Origin: a virus
Taxonomy: Duplodnaviria > Caudoviricetes
Length of the DNA: 55,901 nt
Reading direction: 5' to 3' (one strand)
Virus record (IMG/VR): IMGVR_UViG_3300045777_000097
Location: 1-55,901 of that record
Part shown: positions 1 to 8,076 of the stretch, piece after piece
How positions within the stretch are numbered: the stretch's first letter is position 1
Layout: each line of letters starts with the position of its first letter
Made by a program: the position numbers and the translations under genes
The notes under the pieces: generated by a model
Told to the model about the DNA's origin: nothing
Seen by the model: only the letters and a program-made list of their open reading frames with translations
The model's database searches: none

Positions 1-217
1 CGCGATATTCCTCCGGGCGCCCGGTGACGAACACGACCGGCGTCTGGATCGCCAGCGTCCGGCAAAGCAGCACCATGTGCGCGATCGGGGGGTCGTTGGG
101 CTGGGCGGCGTAGAAGCTCGTCCAGTCATTCTTGCCCTCGCCGCGGATGAAGTGGGTCCGGTGCTCGCAGTTCGAGACCGTTCCGTCGACATCGAAAATA
201 AAGGCTGGTCGCTTCAT
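1..217 (-). CDS. HAD-family phosphatase, similar to the phosphatase domain of polynucleotide kinase-phosphatase; runs off the window (3' partial)
   Basis: Hand translation MKRPAFIFDVDGTVSNCEHRTHFIRGEGKNDWTSFYAAQPNDPPI...VFVTGRPEEYR shows DxDGT motif I and TGR motif II; ATGA overlap with the upstream gene. Confidence 0.8.
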   Translation of the reverse strand, partial: MKRPAFIFDVDGTVSNCEHRTHFIRGEGKNDWTSFYAAQPNDPPIAHMVLLCRTLAIQTPVVFVTGRPEEYR

Positions 218-417
218 CGCATATTCCTCGCTGCCGCCGCCATCCGCAGCATCTGGGCGATCTGCGCTGGCTCTGGGGTTTTCGGCGCCTTCGCGCCCTT
301 GACGCCGATCGCCGCGGCCGGGGCGACGGCGGGGCGGGCCCGGCGCGTCGATGGCTTTGGCGTCTCGGGATACGCCGCTTTTTTAGGATAGCTGGTCTCG
401 GGGGAGGTATCGGCCAT
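214..417 (-). CDS. Small basic Pro/Ala/Lys-rich hypothetical protein
   Basis: C-terminal part of ORF 214..936 (MADTSPETSY...); GAGGGAG RBS before ATG 417; GTG at 477 is an alternative start. Confidence 0.55.
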   Translation of the reverse strand: MADTSPETSYPKKAAYPETPKPSTRRARPAVAPAAAIGVKGAKAPKTPEPAQIAQMLRMAAAARNMR

Positions 418-473
418 GGGTGTCTCCCTCATGCCTGCGCTCCGCCGAGCGAGTCTCGATACCACGGGCCAGG

Positions 474-671
474 TCACGTCAAAACCCTCATCAGGCCGTA
501 GCCGGCGACGAGCCCGCCGAAGCGCACGCATTGGGAAATCACCACCAGTTGCGCCAGCGAGACGTTGGTCATCAGCTTGTCGATCGCCTCCGCCGGGGGG
601 CCGCCGTAGACCCGCACCGCGTAGAAGATCGGCCACGTCATCAACGCGACGCCGCAGAGAAGCCAGATCAT
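474..671 (-). CDS. Small membrane protein
   Basis: MIWLLCGVALMTWPIFYAV... with two hydrophobic segments; ATGA coupling at 668-671. Confidence 0.55.
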   Translation of the reverse strand: MIWLLCGVALMTWPIFYAVRVYGGPPAEAIDKLMTNVSLAQLVVISQCVRFGGLVAGYGLMRVLT

Positions 672-886
672 GCAAAAAGCTCCAATTGCTCGCCTGGGGG
701 CGCCCGGCCTTCGATCCCCGCCCACCGCGCCTCCGAGATCCACTCCGGGCGGTTGAAGGGCCATCCCGGCTCGCCAGCGCGCTGCCAGGCGACCATCGGC
801 GGCATGGATGGCCCGATGAACCCAGGAGAGGGCCGCCATAGCTCCACGACCTCCGCCGCGGTCCTACGCGGCTTCTTCTTCGCCAT
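668..886 (-). CDS. Hypothetical phage protein
   Basis: MAKKKPRRTAAEVVELW...QLELFA; coupled to the downstream gene. Confidence 0.5.
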   Translation of the reverse strand: MAKKKPRRTAAEVVELWRPSPGFIGPSMPPMVAWQRAGEPGWPFNRPEWISEARWAGIEGRAPPGEQLELFA

Positions 887-1052
887 CCTCGTCGTCCCCG
901 TGGCCGGTGTAGGGGCATCGGTCCGGCCCCGGGCACACCCCCGGCATGTTGCGGCCGGATGGATCGCAGACGCAGCGGCCGCCGCGCCTCGCCCGGCGCT
1001 CGTCGATCGCATCCCGCCGGGCGTCCTCGTCGTCGTCCTCATGGCGCGTCAT
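864..1052 (-). CDS. Small acidic Cys-rich hypothetical protein
   Basis: 62 aa with four Cys; ATGA overlap at 1049-1052. Confidence 0.5.
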   Translation of the reverse strand: MTRHEDDDEDARRDAIDERRARRGGRCVCDPSGRNMPGVCPGPDRCPYTGHGDDEDGEEEAA

Positions 1053-1288
1053 GCCGACCCCACCGTGTTCATGGCGAGCACCTGTTCGTTGCCGACCCCG
1101 ATGTTCAGCACGACAACCCGCATCGCCTGCTCGGCTGTCGTCACCCGGTGATCCTGCAAGGCGATCAGCTTCCCGAGCATGTTCGACGCGACCGCAAGCA
1201 GTTCGAGCGCCGTCATCTTCTCGGCGTGCTTCCCGACCAGGGCGGCGAGATCCGCAAAAGCGACCTCGTGTTCGGGTCTGGCTTTCAT
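1049..1288 (-). CDS. Hypothetical phage protein (helical)
   Basis: 79 aa with protein-like composition; coupled start/stop overlaps on both sides. Confidence 0.7.
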   Translation of the reverse strand: MKARPEHEVAFADLAALVGKHAEKMTALELLAVASNMLGKLIALQDHRVTTAEQAMRVVVLNIGVGNEQVLAMNTVGSA

Positions 1289-1398
1289 CGCAGGAACCCT
1301 CCGATGTGCGGCGACAGCGTGGTCAGCAGCCAGACCGCGCCGAGCGAGATCAGCGCCCCCAGCGCGCCGAGGCCGGCGAGTGCAAAGAATCCTCTCAT
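1285..1398 (-). CDS. 37-aa membrane peptide
   Basis: Hand translation MRGFFALAGLGALGALISLGAVWLLTTLSPHIGGFLR; ATGA overlaps at both ends. Confidence 0.55.
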   Translation of the reverse strand: MRGFFALAGLGALGALISLGAVWLLTTLSPHIGGFLR

Positions 1399-1682
1399 GA
1401 TGCCCTCCGCATTTCCTCGAGCGCCGACGGCGCCCATTCCCTCATCCGCTCCACCCGGGCGCGGCGTTCAGCCAGCACGTCCGGCGCGTCCGGAAGGCGG
1501 TAGCGCCAGACCGGCTCGCCCGGACCGCCATAGGTCGGCGTCCGGTACAGCGCGCCGGTGCGCGTCATCCAACACACCACCGTCGTCACCCGGCGTGTCT
1601 CGATCCCGAGTTGCGCCGCGATCTGGAACACAGATTCGCAGCCGATGCGGACGGCGGCGGTGATGGCTTGCTCGTGGGTCAC
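1395..1682 (-). CDS. Putative winged-HTH DNA-binding protein
   Basis: GTG start overlaps the upstream TGA; SVFQIAAQLGIETRRVTTVV HTH-like pattern. Confidence 0.55.
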   Translation of the reverse strand: MTHEQAITAAVRIGCESVFQIAAQLGIETRRVTTVVCWMTRTGALYRTPTYGGPGEPVWRYRLPDAPDVLAERRARVERMREWAPSALEEMRRAS

Positions 1683-1906
1683 GTCACGTCCTCCAGGGTG
1701 AAGATTCCGCCGGCCATCGCCCGGACGACGGCGTGCAGGCAGTTCTCGGCGCCGAGAGCGAGCGCCGCAGCCGCCCGGTGCTGCTTCACCCCTGACAGGG
1801 AAATGCCCATGATCTTGGCGGTGGCGACGAGGTCCTTGCCGCGCGCCGCCCACATCAGCGCCTCGCGCTGCCGGGGGGTGACGGACATCGCGCGGGGCTC
1901 AGTCAA
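1679..1906 (-). CDS. Stand-alone LuxR-type HTH regulator (copy 1)
   Basis: TPRQREALMWAARGKDLVATAKIMGISLSGVKQH...LGAENCLHAV matches the LuxR C-terminal HTH; the start may be ATG 1888. Confidence 0.8.
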   Translation of the reverse strand: MTEPRAMSVTPRQREALMWAARGKDLVATAKIMGISLSGVKQHRAAAALALGAENCLHAVVRAMAGGIFTLEDVT

Positions 1907-2555
1907 AGGGGTCCTCCTTCACGGGCGCCTGGCGCGCATCTTGCGCGGCCCATTCCGCGATCTTCGCCCGCATGTCGCGGTCCAGGGCCGCCACCATTGC
2001 GGCGTGCTCCGGCGATCCTTCCCGAAGCTTCCGGGGGTCGCGTTCACGATGCCCGAGCTTCGCCATCACGTCGGCCTTCCACCCGGAAATGAATTCCCGC
2101 CGCCGGTCGCGCTCGACATCCGACAGAAGCGGCGTCGGCCCGAGCAGCTTTTCGTTCTCGGCCTGCAACCGCCGCCGGCGCGCGGCCTCGTAAATCGGCA
2201 GCATCTCGACTTCGCAGGCCGCCCGGACCTCCGCGACCGAGGGGAGGAACGTGCTCGTGCCCGGCAGGCCGCCACGGGGATCGGTGACGCGCGTGACGAC
2301 GCTCTCCGGGTACTGCATCAGCACGGCGACGACCGAGCGAGCGTAGACCTCCGGGTCGGCTGCATCGCCCTTGCGGTAGCTGCCGAGCAGCACCCGGGCG
2401 CGCTCAGTTGCGACGGATTTGGAGCAAGGGGGGAGGCCGTGGGGCGTCGTCGTCGAAGAGGCCGCCGGTGTTCCGGGCTGCTGCGGCCTCGTCGACAGCG
2501 CGCTCGTGGAGCTCCCGTGCAACGTCTTGAACTGTTCGTGGTCTTCCGGATCCAT
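1899..2555 (-). CDS. Replication accessory protein (occupies the helicase-loader position); start uncertain
   Basis: Directly downstream of the initiator; VLLGSY...DPEVY...FLPSVAEVRAAC pattern. Confidence 0.6.
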   Translation of the reverse strand: MDPEDHEQFKTLHGSSTSALSTRPQQPGTPAASSTTTPHGLPPCSKSVATERARVLLGSYRKGDAADPEVYARSVVAVLMQYPESVVTRVTDPRGGLPGTSTFLPSVAEVRAACEVEMLPIYEAARRRRLQAENEKLLGPTPLLSDVERDRRREFISGWKADVMAKLGHRERDPRKLREGSPEHAAMVAALDRDMRAKIAEWAAQDARQAPVKEDPFD

Positions 2556-3231
2556 TGGAACCTCTTGTGGCGGCCGGTTGGTCTTCCCATCGTCGGTTGT
2601 TCAGGAACGTGGCTGGGTTGCACCAAGGGCGATCAGGGGGTGTCGTGGCGATGTAGCGAGCGAGCCCGGCCATGATGGCGTCGTGCTCGGCGGCGACCTT
2701 GGCGTAGGCCCTCATGCCGTCAGGCTTGGCGACCTTATGCGGATAGGCCTGCCAGAACTCGGCGAAGCGAGAGGGCAGCGCGATCGCGCGTGAGGCTTTA
2801 GAGACGCTAGTCTCTAAAGACTGTGATTGTGATTGTGATATCGCTTCCGATTTGCCGGGCGTTTGCTCTGGCAAACCAGAAGCATTTGCTAGACCGGCAT
2901 CATTATTTTTCAACGACTTAGCTTCGGCGCCGCGCTTACCGGAGGCGGCTCTGACGTTGGATAGCTTTCTCGCTGAAGTGAGCTCGGAATCGATGCGCCC
3001 GTGCCGCCAATCCTCGTCGAAGAACGCCTGCAGTTTTTCTCTCGACCGCGTCCATTCGTGAGGCGTCATGCGCGAGATTCGCTGCCGGCTACGGTCGTCA
3101 TCAGGCAGGCCGCCGGCACGCCAGTAGTGCATGATGAGCATGAGGTATGCCCCAGTTTCTGAGGCGGACAGGTGGCTCGTGTCCGACATGAAGTCGGCGA
3201 CGTAGAGGGGCATCCAGGGAGGGGCGCTCAT
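2404..3231 (-). CDS. DUF1376/YdaU-family phage replication initiator
   Basis: PWMPLYVADFMSDTSHLSASETGAYLMLIMHYW N-terminus; SQSQSQS linker; C-terminal FAEFWQAYP...PATFLNNRRWED. Confidence 0.85.
   Translation of the reverse strand: MSAPPWMPLYVADFMSDTSHLSASETGAYLMLIMHYWRAGGLPDDDRSRQRISRMTPHEWTRSREKLQAFFDEDWRHGRIDSELTSARKLSNVRAASGKRGAEAKSLKNNDAGLANASGLPEQTPGKSEAISQSQSQSLETSVSKASRAIALPSRFAEFWQAYPHKVAKPDGMRAYAKVAAEHDAIMAGLARYIATTPPDRPWCNPATFLNNRRWEDQPAATRGSNGSGRPRTVQDVARELHERAVDEAAAARNTGGLFDDDAPRPPPLLQIRRN
2796..2940. other. Probable replication origin inside the initiator gene
   Basis: Perfect 10-bp inverted repeat CTTTAGAGAC-gcta-GTCTCTAAAG (2796-2819), (TGTGAT)x3 (2822-2839), repeated TTTGC/GCAAA and an AT-rich tract. 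Confidence 0.45.
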
Positions 3232-3232
3232 T

Positions 3233-3781
3233 TCACGCCACCTCGCCGACGGCATCGAATTTCGCGAGCGGGAAATTCAGCACGGCAAATTCTCCGTGTA
3301 ATTCGATTGCCGCCACGTCTCTCCGCTTTGCAGCTTCTTCAGCGGTTGAAAAGGTTCCGAGCTTTATACGGCGACCATCACAAGTGATGTAGGCCAGATA
3401 AGTTCCACGATCGGAACGGAAACATACCCCTTTGAACCCCGTCGAGTTTTTGTCTCCAATCCTACGGTTCCAAGTGTTTTGCTTTTTTGTTGCGCGCCGC
3501 AGATTACGTCTTCGACAATCCAAAGCATTTCCGTCACAATGGTCGGTTATCCCCCCAGGGAGAGGAGGAAGGATCACGTTGTGAAGTCGGATCGTGCGCC
3601 CTTTGCACCCGCGCCCCGCATAGATAGGATCGCCGCATGCAGACCAGTTCCAGCCTTCCACGAGGGGGACGCAGTCAGTGTCGATGATCACCTCCGCCCC
3701 ATTGGAAAGCGGTACGTAGGCGACCTCCCCGACAATTCGGATTGGTCTGATTTTCTTGGTCCAAGTGCGCTTATTTCGCAT
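3233..3781 (-). CDS. HNH endonuclease with C-terminal AP2 DNA-binding domain
   Basis: TDHCDGNALDCRRRNLR...QNTWN (HNH) followed by STGFKGV...IKLGTFSTAEEAA...LHGEFAVLNF (AP2); lower GC than neighbours. Confidence 0.9.
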   Translation of the reverse strand: MRNKRTWTKKIRPIRIVGEVAYVPLSNGAEVIIDTDCVPLVEGWNWSACGDPIYAGRGCKGRTIRLHNVILPPLPGGITDHCDGNALDCRRRNLRRATKKQNTWNRRIGDKNSTGFKGVCFRSDRGTYLAYITCDGRRIKLGTFSTAEEAAKRRDVAAIELHGEFAVLNFPLAKFDAVGEVA

Positions 3782-4325
3782 CGAACAGTTCTCTTTGATC
3801 TCCCCAGACGGTCCAGTTCGCGCGCGACTGCCGGCCGAACAATTCGAGCCTTGGCCCATCACACAGGGCCTCGATCCGGAACGCGATCTCGTTGGGTTTT
3901 CGGCTGTGGACGCGCTTCGGTTCCTGATGGAATTGACGAATAGAATTGGACGTCCGAACCGGGCGGCCGCGGCGCCCGACCATGACGAACTCGCACGACG
4001 ACCGAGTCGTGTACCCGGTGCCGAACGACTCCTTCTCCCAGACAAACCCGATGGTGGAGACCTTGAAGCCCCATGCCTTCATGATCGGCATGTGCGCGCC
4101 GATGGCGAGGAAGGGAGAAGTGATCCACATGAACAGCAACGCATCGTCGGCGACCCCGCCCTTGACCGGGAGCGCGGCGATGTCGTCGAGATTCATGCAG
4201 GCGTAGTGCCGCATGGGGTTCTTGCCCGGCCGTTCAACGCTGTTGGATTGAAAGCGCCACGGCGGGTCTGCGAGCACGCAGCGCCACCCCCCCTCGATCG
4301 TCGGCAGCGGGGCGTAGAGCGTCAT
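3771..4325 (-). CDS. MT-A70 family adenine methyltransferase
   Basis: ADPPW, LFMW, WGF, HSRKP and RLELFGR...WTVWGDQ motifs. Confidence 0.92.
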   Translation of the reverse strand: MTLYAPLPTIEGGWRCVLADPPWRFQSNSVERPGKNPMRHYACMNLDDIAALPVKGGVADDALLFMWITSPFLAIGAHMPIMKAWGFKVSTIGFVWEKESFGTGYTTRSSCEFVMVGRRGRPVRTSNSIRQFHQEPKRVHSRKPNEIAFRIEALCDGPRLELFGRQSRANWTVWGDQRELFDAK

Positions 4326-4528
4326 CCCCGCCCCCACAGCACCGGCGCCACCGTGATCGGCCGGGCGGCCTCACGCGCCTGCTGCGCCTTTGTCTCGAGC
4401 CCCTTGCGACCCCCGCTCTTGCTCATCGTGTGAACGACATCGTTGATGGCGCCCTTCTGGCAGAGCGGGCACATCCCGTGCTTGGGGGCGACGCAGCCGC
4501 CCGGGCGCTTGCAGTACGGCCGGGTCAT
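4322..4528 (-). CDS. Small Cys-rich hypothetical protein
   Basis: C..C..H..CPLC; ATGA overlaps. Confidence 0.55.
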   Translation of the reverse strand: MTRPYCKRPGGCVAPKHGMCPLCQKGAINDVVHTMSKSGGRKGLETKAQQAREAARPITVAPVLWGRG

Positions 4529-4848
4529 GCCGACACCGCGAACGAATGGCAGCGGTTGCCCCAGACCAGTCTCCCCTCATCGACGAGGCGATAGACGACC
4601 GTCCGGTGGACGCGGGCCCCCCGCGACCTCGGCGCCGGGCGCCAGTATCCTTCCAGCCCTCCCCGCATCAGAGGGGCCATGGACACGGCCAGATCGTCCG
4701 CCAGCGCCCCCAGAGCCTTCGCCCGGTCCATCCGGTCGGGGATCTCGGAGATGCGCGCCAGAGCCGTCTTCTGGCCCGCTGTGAGACGGTCGGCGGCGGC
4801 CGCGAGTGCGATGAGGCGTTCCGCCAGAGAGGGGGTATCTGCGCTCAT
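4525..4848 (-). CDS. Hypothetical phage protein
   Basis: MSADTPSLAERL...; ATGA overlaps at both ends. Confidence 0.6.
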   Translation of the reverse strand: MSADTPSLAERLIALAAAADRLTAGQKTALARISEIPDRMDRAKALGALADDLAVSMAPLMRGGLEGYWRPAPRSRGARVHRTVVYRLVDEGRLVWGNRCHSFAVSA

Positions 4849-5069
4849 CTTCCGGCCTCGAACTTCTTGGCGCCCGCCCGGCGCTGGTTCGGCCCCTTCC
4901 TGGCGCTTTCGTCGGTGTTGCCGAGGTGCCATTCGCGGCAGAACGGGCACTTGTAGGGAGTGGTCTTCTTCCGGCTCTTGTCTCGCGCCCGGAGGTGCGT
5001 GATCGTCTGCGCCGCCTCCCCGCTGGTCGCGTACTGGATCTTGCCAGTCCGGCAGAGCACGTCCGTCAT
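4845..5069 (-). CDS. Small zinc-finger-like phage protein
   Basis: CRTGKIQY...YKCPFCREWHL. Confidence 0.7.
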   Translation of the reverse strand: MTDVLCRTGKIQYATSGEAAQTITHLRARDKSRKKTTPYKCPFCREWHLGNTDESARKGPNQRRAGAKKFEAGR

Positions 5070-5284
5070 GCTGCGTCCCCCAAAGCGATCAGGTTGGCGG
5101 CCATGGCGAGCGCCACGGCGTTCGGAAGGTTGACGGCGCCGAGCGCCCGGCAGGCCGCGAGGCGGTGGACCTCGACGGTGCGCGCGGAGATCCCGAGGAT
5201 GGCCGCAGTGTCGGAAGAGGTCTTTCCCCGGGCGGCCCAGAACAGGACCTCGCGCTGTCGCTCGTTCTTGAGGCGGGGCGTCAT
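5066..5284 (-). CDS. Stand-alone LuxR-type HTH regulator (copy 2)
   Basis: RQREVLFWAARGKTSSDTAAILGISARTVEVH...LGAVNLPNAVALA. Confidence 0.88.
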   Translation of the reverse strand: MTPRLKNERQREVLFWAARGKTSSDTAAILGISARTVEVHRLAACRALGAVNLPNAVALAMAANLIALGDAA

Positions 5285-5796
5285 CGCAGGACGAACTCCG
5301 CCGGGAACGCCCGGCTCTCCGTCGAGGCGAGAAAATGCCAGCCCGCGAGAGCGTCCGCCCGGTTGTCGTCGTGGCAGGCCTTCGGCAGGAGTCCGAGCAT
5401 CTGGACGGTCGCGACGACCATCTTCTTCGTCTCGCCCCGGTCGCCGGCATGCGCCCGACCGCAGACGGCGACGCGGATCGTGGCCGCGGCGGGTTCGAGC
5501 ACCCGGCAGCCCCACAGGCCTCCGACGACCGCGTGCGCGGCGCCGTTCAGGCGCAGGGACGGCTCGACGTTCTTGTCGATCATCCCCTTGCGGACCGCCA
5601 TCCACCGCTCGATCCCGACGAGGTCCGGCTGTCCGTATTCCTCGTGAAATTTCGTGAGCTCCCGGGCGAGCGCCCCGCACCACAGCCCGTGCTCACCCTC
5701 CGGCCCGAGATCGGCCGACCAGGACATCGGTTTCATGCGGGTGTCTCCGAAGGCAAACCCGGTGCGGCGCGCAAGATCGAGGAATAGAATTCTCAT
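5281..5796 (-). CDS. RuvC-like Holliday junction resolvase
   Basis: ILFLDLARRTGFA, VGIE and DDNRADALA catalytic acidic motifs. Confidence 0.82.
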   Translation of the reverse strand: MRILFLDLARRTGFAFGDTRMKPMSWSADLGPEGEHGLWCGALARELTKFHEEYGQPDLVGIERWMAVRKGMIDKNVEPSLRLNGAAHAVVGGLWGCRVLEPAAATIRVAVCGRAHAGDRGETKKMVVATVQMLGLLPKACHDDNRADALAGWHFLASTESRAFPAEFVLR

Positions 5797-5820
5797 GGCC
5801 GTACCGGGTTGTTGTTGAAA

Positions 5821-6378
5821 TCAGGCGTCGAAGCCGCTGCGGGGCTTCTCGTCGTCCTCGGGGAGTTGCTTGAAGCCGGAGAGCAAAATCGCCTGCCCGG
5901 CGTGCCACCCGCGGAGGAACTCCTCGACGTCCCGGTTCGCCGGGCACTCGGCCTTTTCGCCCCGCATCCCGGCTTCCTTGCCGAGCGTGAAGGACAGCGG
6001 TTGCGTGTCGTCGTCGTCGCCGAACAGGCCGAATTGGTGCCCGATCGCGAAGCCGCGCCAGCGCGCCACCCGGGCGACGCGGTCGACCTCCGCCTTGAGA
6101 TCGGCCTGGCCTTCCTCGGTCGCGGCCTTGATGTAGGCCTTGAGGTCCGCGAGCAGGACGCCCTCGCTCTTGGCCTTCTTGCAGACGTTCTTCAGCGCCG
6201 CGTCGGCGGCTTTCTTGGCCTCGAGCGCGGTCGTGTAGTGCCCGGCCCACGAGTCCGTCAGCGCGTGAAGCTGCTCGTCGGTGAGCGGCGACTTGGCGAC
6301 GTTGTCGTGCGCCGTGACGTGCGGCTCCGCGCCGTCCTTCGGTTTATTTTTCGATCCGGGTGGTCTGCCTCGGGCCAA
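5821..6378 (-). CDS. DNA-binding protein with an AT-hook, a GapR-like helical region and an Rmf-like C-terminal motif
   Basis: TTG start after AAGGAGG; RGRPPGSKNKPK; EAKKAADAALKNVCKKAKSEG; GKEAGMRG...CP...FLRGWHAGQ. Confidence 0.6.
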   Translation of the reverse strand: MARGRPPGSKNKPKDGAEPHVTAHDNVAKSPLTDEQLHALTDSWAGHYTTALEAKKAADAALKNVCKKAKSEGVLLADLKAYIKAATEEGQADLKAEVDRVARVARWRGFAIGHQFGLFGDDDDTQPLSFTLGKEAGMRGEKAECPANRDVEEFLRGWHAGQAILLSGFKQLPEDDEKPRSGFDA

Positions 6379-6546
6379 TGCGCCCTCCTTTGTGGGGTGA
6401 TGGATTCGCACCACCGCCGCAATGCGCTCCCCCTCATAAAGGATGGTTGCGTAGAATTACGATCAAAAAAATTAGATGACGCCGGCCCTTCCACCATCGA
6501 ATAAAAGCACTCGATATTATTTTCGGCGGGGATTATTTGTCCGGGC
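6379..6546. promoter_or_regulatory. AT-rich divergent control region
   Basis: Non-coding, AT-rich, lies between divergent early operons. Confidence 0.55.
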
Positions 6547-7557
6547 ATGACACAGGCCGATTATTTTTTATCCAGACACCCTGACAAAGATGGCCGATAC
6601 CATCACCCGCCAGGAATCTATTTTGGCCTCGGGGAGTCCGCTTACTTTTCCGACGTCGCCCTCGGCAGTTCCGACCACAAGAAGCTCGCCGAATCTCCGG
6701 CCCGCTTCTGGTGGGAAAGCCGGTCAAACCCGATGTGGGAACCCGACGAGATCACGCCGGCGCTGCGCATCGGCCGCGCCCGGCATTGCATCGTGCTCGA
6801 TGGCCGGGAGGCTTTCGAGGCGCGCTACGCCCGGAAGACCCTCAACTGGTCGACCAAGGCCGGCATGGTCGAGAAGGCCGCCTTCGAGGCGCAGGGGCTC
6901 GAGCCGCTCGACGACGAGGCCTACGCCCGGACGCTGGCGACGAAAGCGATCATCGAGGCGAACCCCTATCTGGCCGAGACCTTCACCGGCATGGTCGGGA
7001 CGGAGGTCAGCGTCTTCTGGAACGCCCGCGGCGTTCCGAAGAAGGCGCGCTTCGACGGGCTGAAGCCGCGCGCGATCGTCGATTTGAAGAACATCGCGAA
7101 CGAGCGCGCGATCGCCTTTCCGAAGGCGTGCCTGCGGTACATCGACAATTACAAGGCGCACGTTCAGGCCGCGCATTACCTCGAGGCGCGTCTCGCCATG
7201 CGCCAGCTTTGGGAGGACGGGCTCGTCCACGGCGAGCACGATGACGAGGTGCTGGCCGAGGTGGTCGACTCCGACGAATTCGCTTTCGTCTTCGTGTTCC
7301 TGCAGTCGTCGGGCGCGCCGCTCTCGCACGCTTTCCAGTTGAGCTATCGGCGGTTGCCGGGCGGCGAGGAATGGAATCCGATCTTCGACGCCGGGCGTCG
7401 CGTGCTCGACCGCGCGGAAGCGAACTATCTGCGGTGCATGGCGGCGTTCGGCGCCGACACGGCCTGGATCGAGCCGGCCCCGATCGCCGAGCTCGACTCG
7501 TCGCAAGTCAGCTTGCCCTCGTGGTTCCTCCGAGAGGCGGATTGGGAGGGCGTGTGA
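6547..7557 (+). CDS. RecE/exonuclease VIII-like PD-(D/E)XK nuclease
   Basis: LGSSDHKKL, ALRIGRARHCIVL, EVSVFW, KARFD, IVDLK, YKAHVQAAHY. Confidence 0.85.
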   Translation: MTQADYFLSRHPDKDGRYHHPPGIYFGLGESAYFSDVALGSSDHKKLAESPARFWWESRSNPMWEPDEITPALRIGRARHCIVLDGREAFEARYARKTLNWSTKAGMVEKAAFEAQGLEPLDDEAYARTLATKAIIEANPYLAETFTGMVGTEVSVFWNARGVPKKARFDGLKPRAIVDLKNIANERAIAFPKACLRYIDNYKAHVQAAHYLEARLAMRQLWEDGLVHGEHDDEVLAEVVDSDEFAFVFVFLQSSGAPLSHAFQLSYRRLPGGEEWNPIFDAGRRVLDRAEANYLRCMAAFGADTAWIEPAPIAELDSSQVSLPSWFLREADWEGV

Positions 7558-7558
7558 A

Positions 7559-7831
7559 ATGGCGAAGACAAAAATCGGCCGTCTCGCGCTCCGGGCGGAG
7601 GGGGAATTCTGGAACGCCTATTGGGCGCCAAGCCAGACGTCGATGAAGGACGCCGTTTTTCTCGGGAGCGTCCGCCTGTCGCTGGTGCAGCGGGACGCCT
7701 ACGCGAAGACGCTGTTCATGGATGCGATGAAGGCGGCGTTCTCCGCGGTCGTCGATGAGACGCTGGGCGAGGCGCCGACGTGGAGCGCGCCCCAGACGGC
7801 GCCGGAGTCCGAGCGCGGGGGGCACGCCTGA
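7559..7831 (+). CDS. Hypothetical phage protein
   Basis: 90 aa; GGAGG RBS; in operon. Confidence 0.75.
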   Translation: MAKTKIGRLALRAEGEFWNAYWAPSQTSMKDAVFLGSVRLSLVQRDAYAKTLFMDAMKAAFSAVVDETLGEAPTWSAPQTAPESERGGHA

Positions 7832-8076
7832 TGACCCCAGACGAGATCCTCGCGACCGTCCGCGGCCTTCCGTTCCGGCGCTTCCACAACGCCCTGCGGT
7901 CGCTGGTCAACATCGACGGATGGATGCTCGAGCAGTTGGGCGTCTCGAAGGAGACCGCGGAGCGGTTCGTGAAAGCCCCGGAACACGTCTTTGTCACCGC
8001 CGACGACGAGACCAAGGCCGCGATCTGGAAAGTGCTCGAGCGGCGGCAGCCGGACGATTTGAGGGAGAGCGTTTAA
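7831..8076 (+). CDS. Hypothetical phage protein
   Basis: MTPDEILATV...; TGATG overlap. Confidence 0.7.
   Translation: MTPDEILATVRGLPFRRFHNALRSLVNIDGWMLEQLGVSKETAERFVKAPEHVFVTADDETKAAIWKVLERRQPDDLRESV

Noticed and set aside
2822-2839. (TGTGAT)x3 as a phase-variable repeat
   Set aside because: In-frame hexamer encoding the SQSQSQ linker common in these initiators; slippage would not shift the frame
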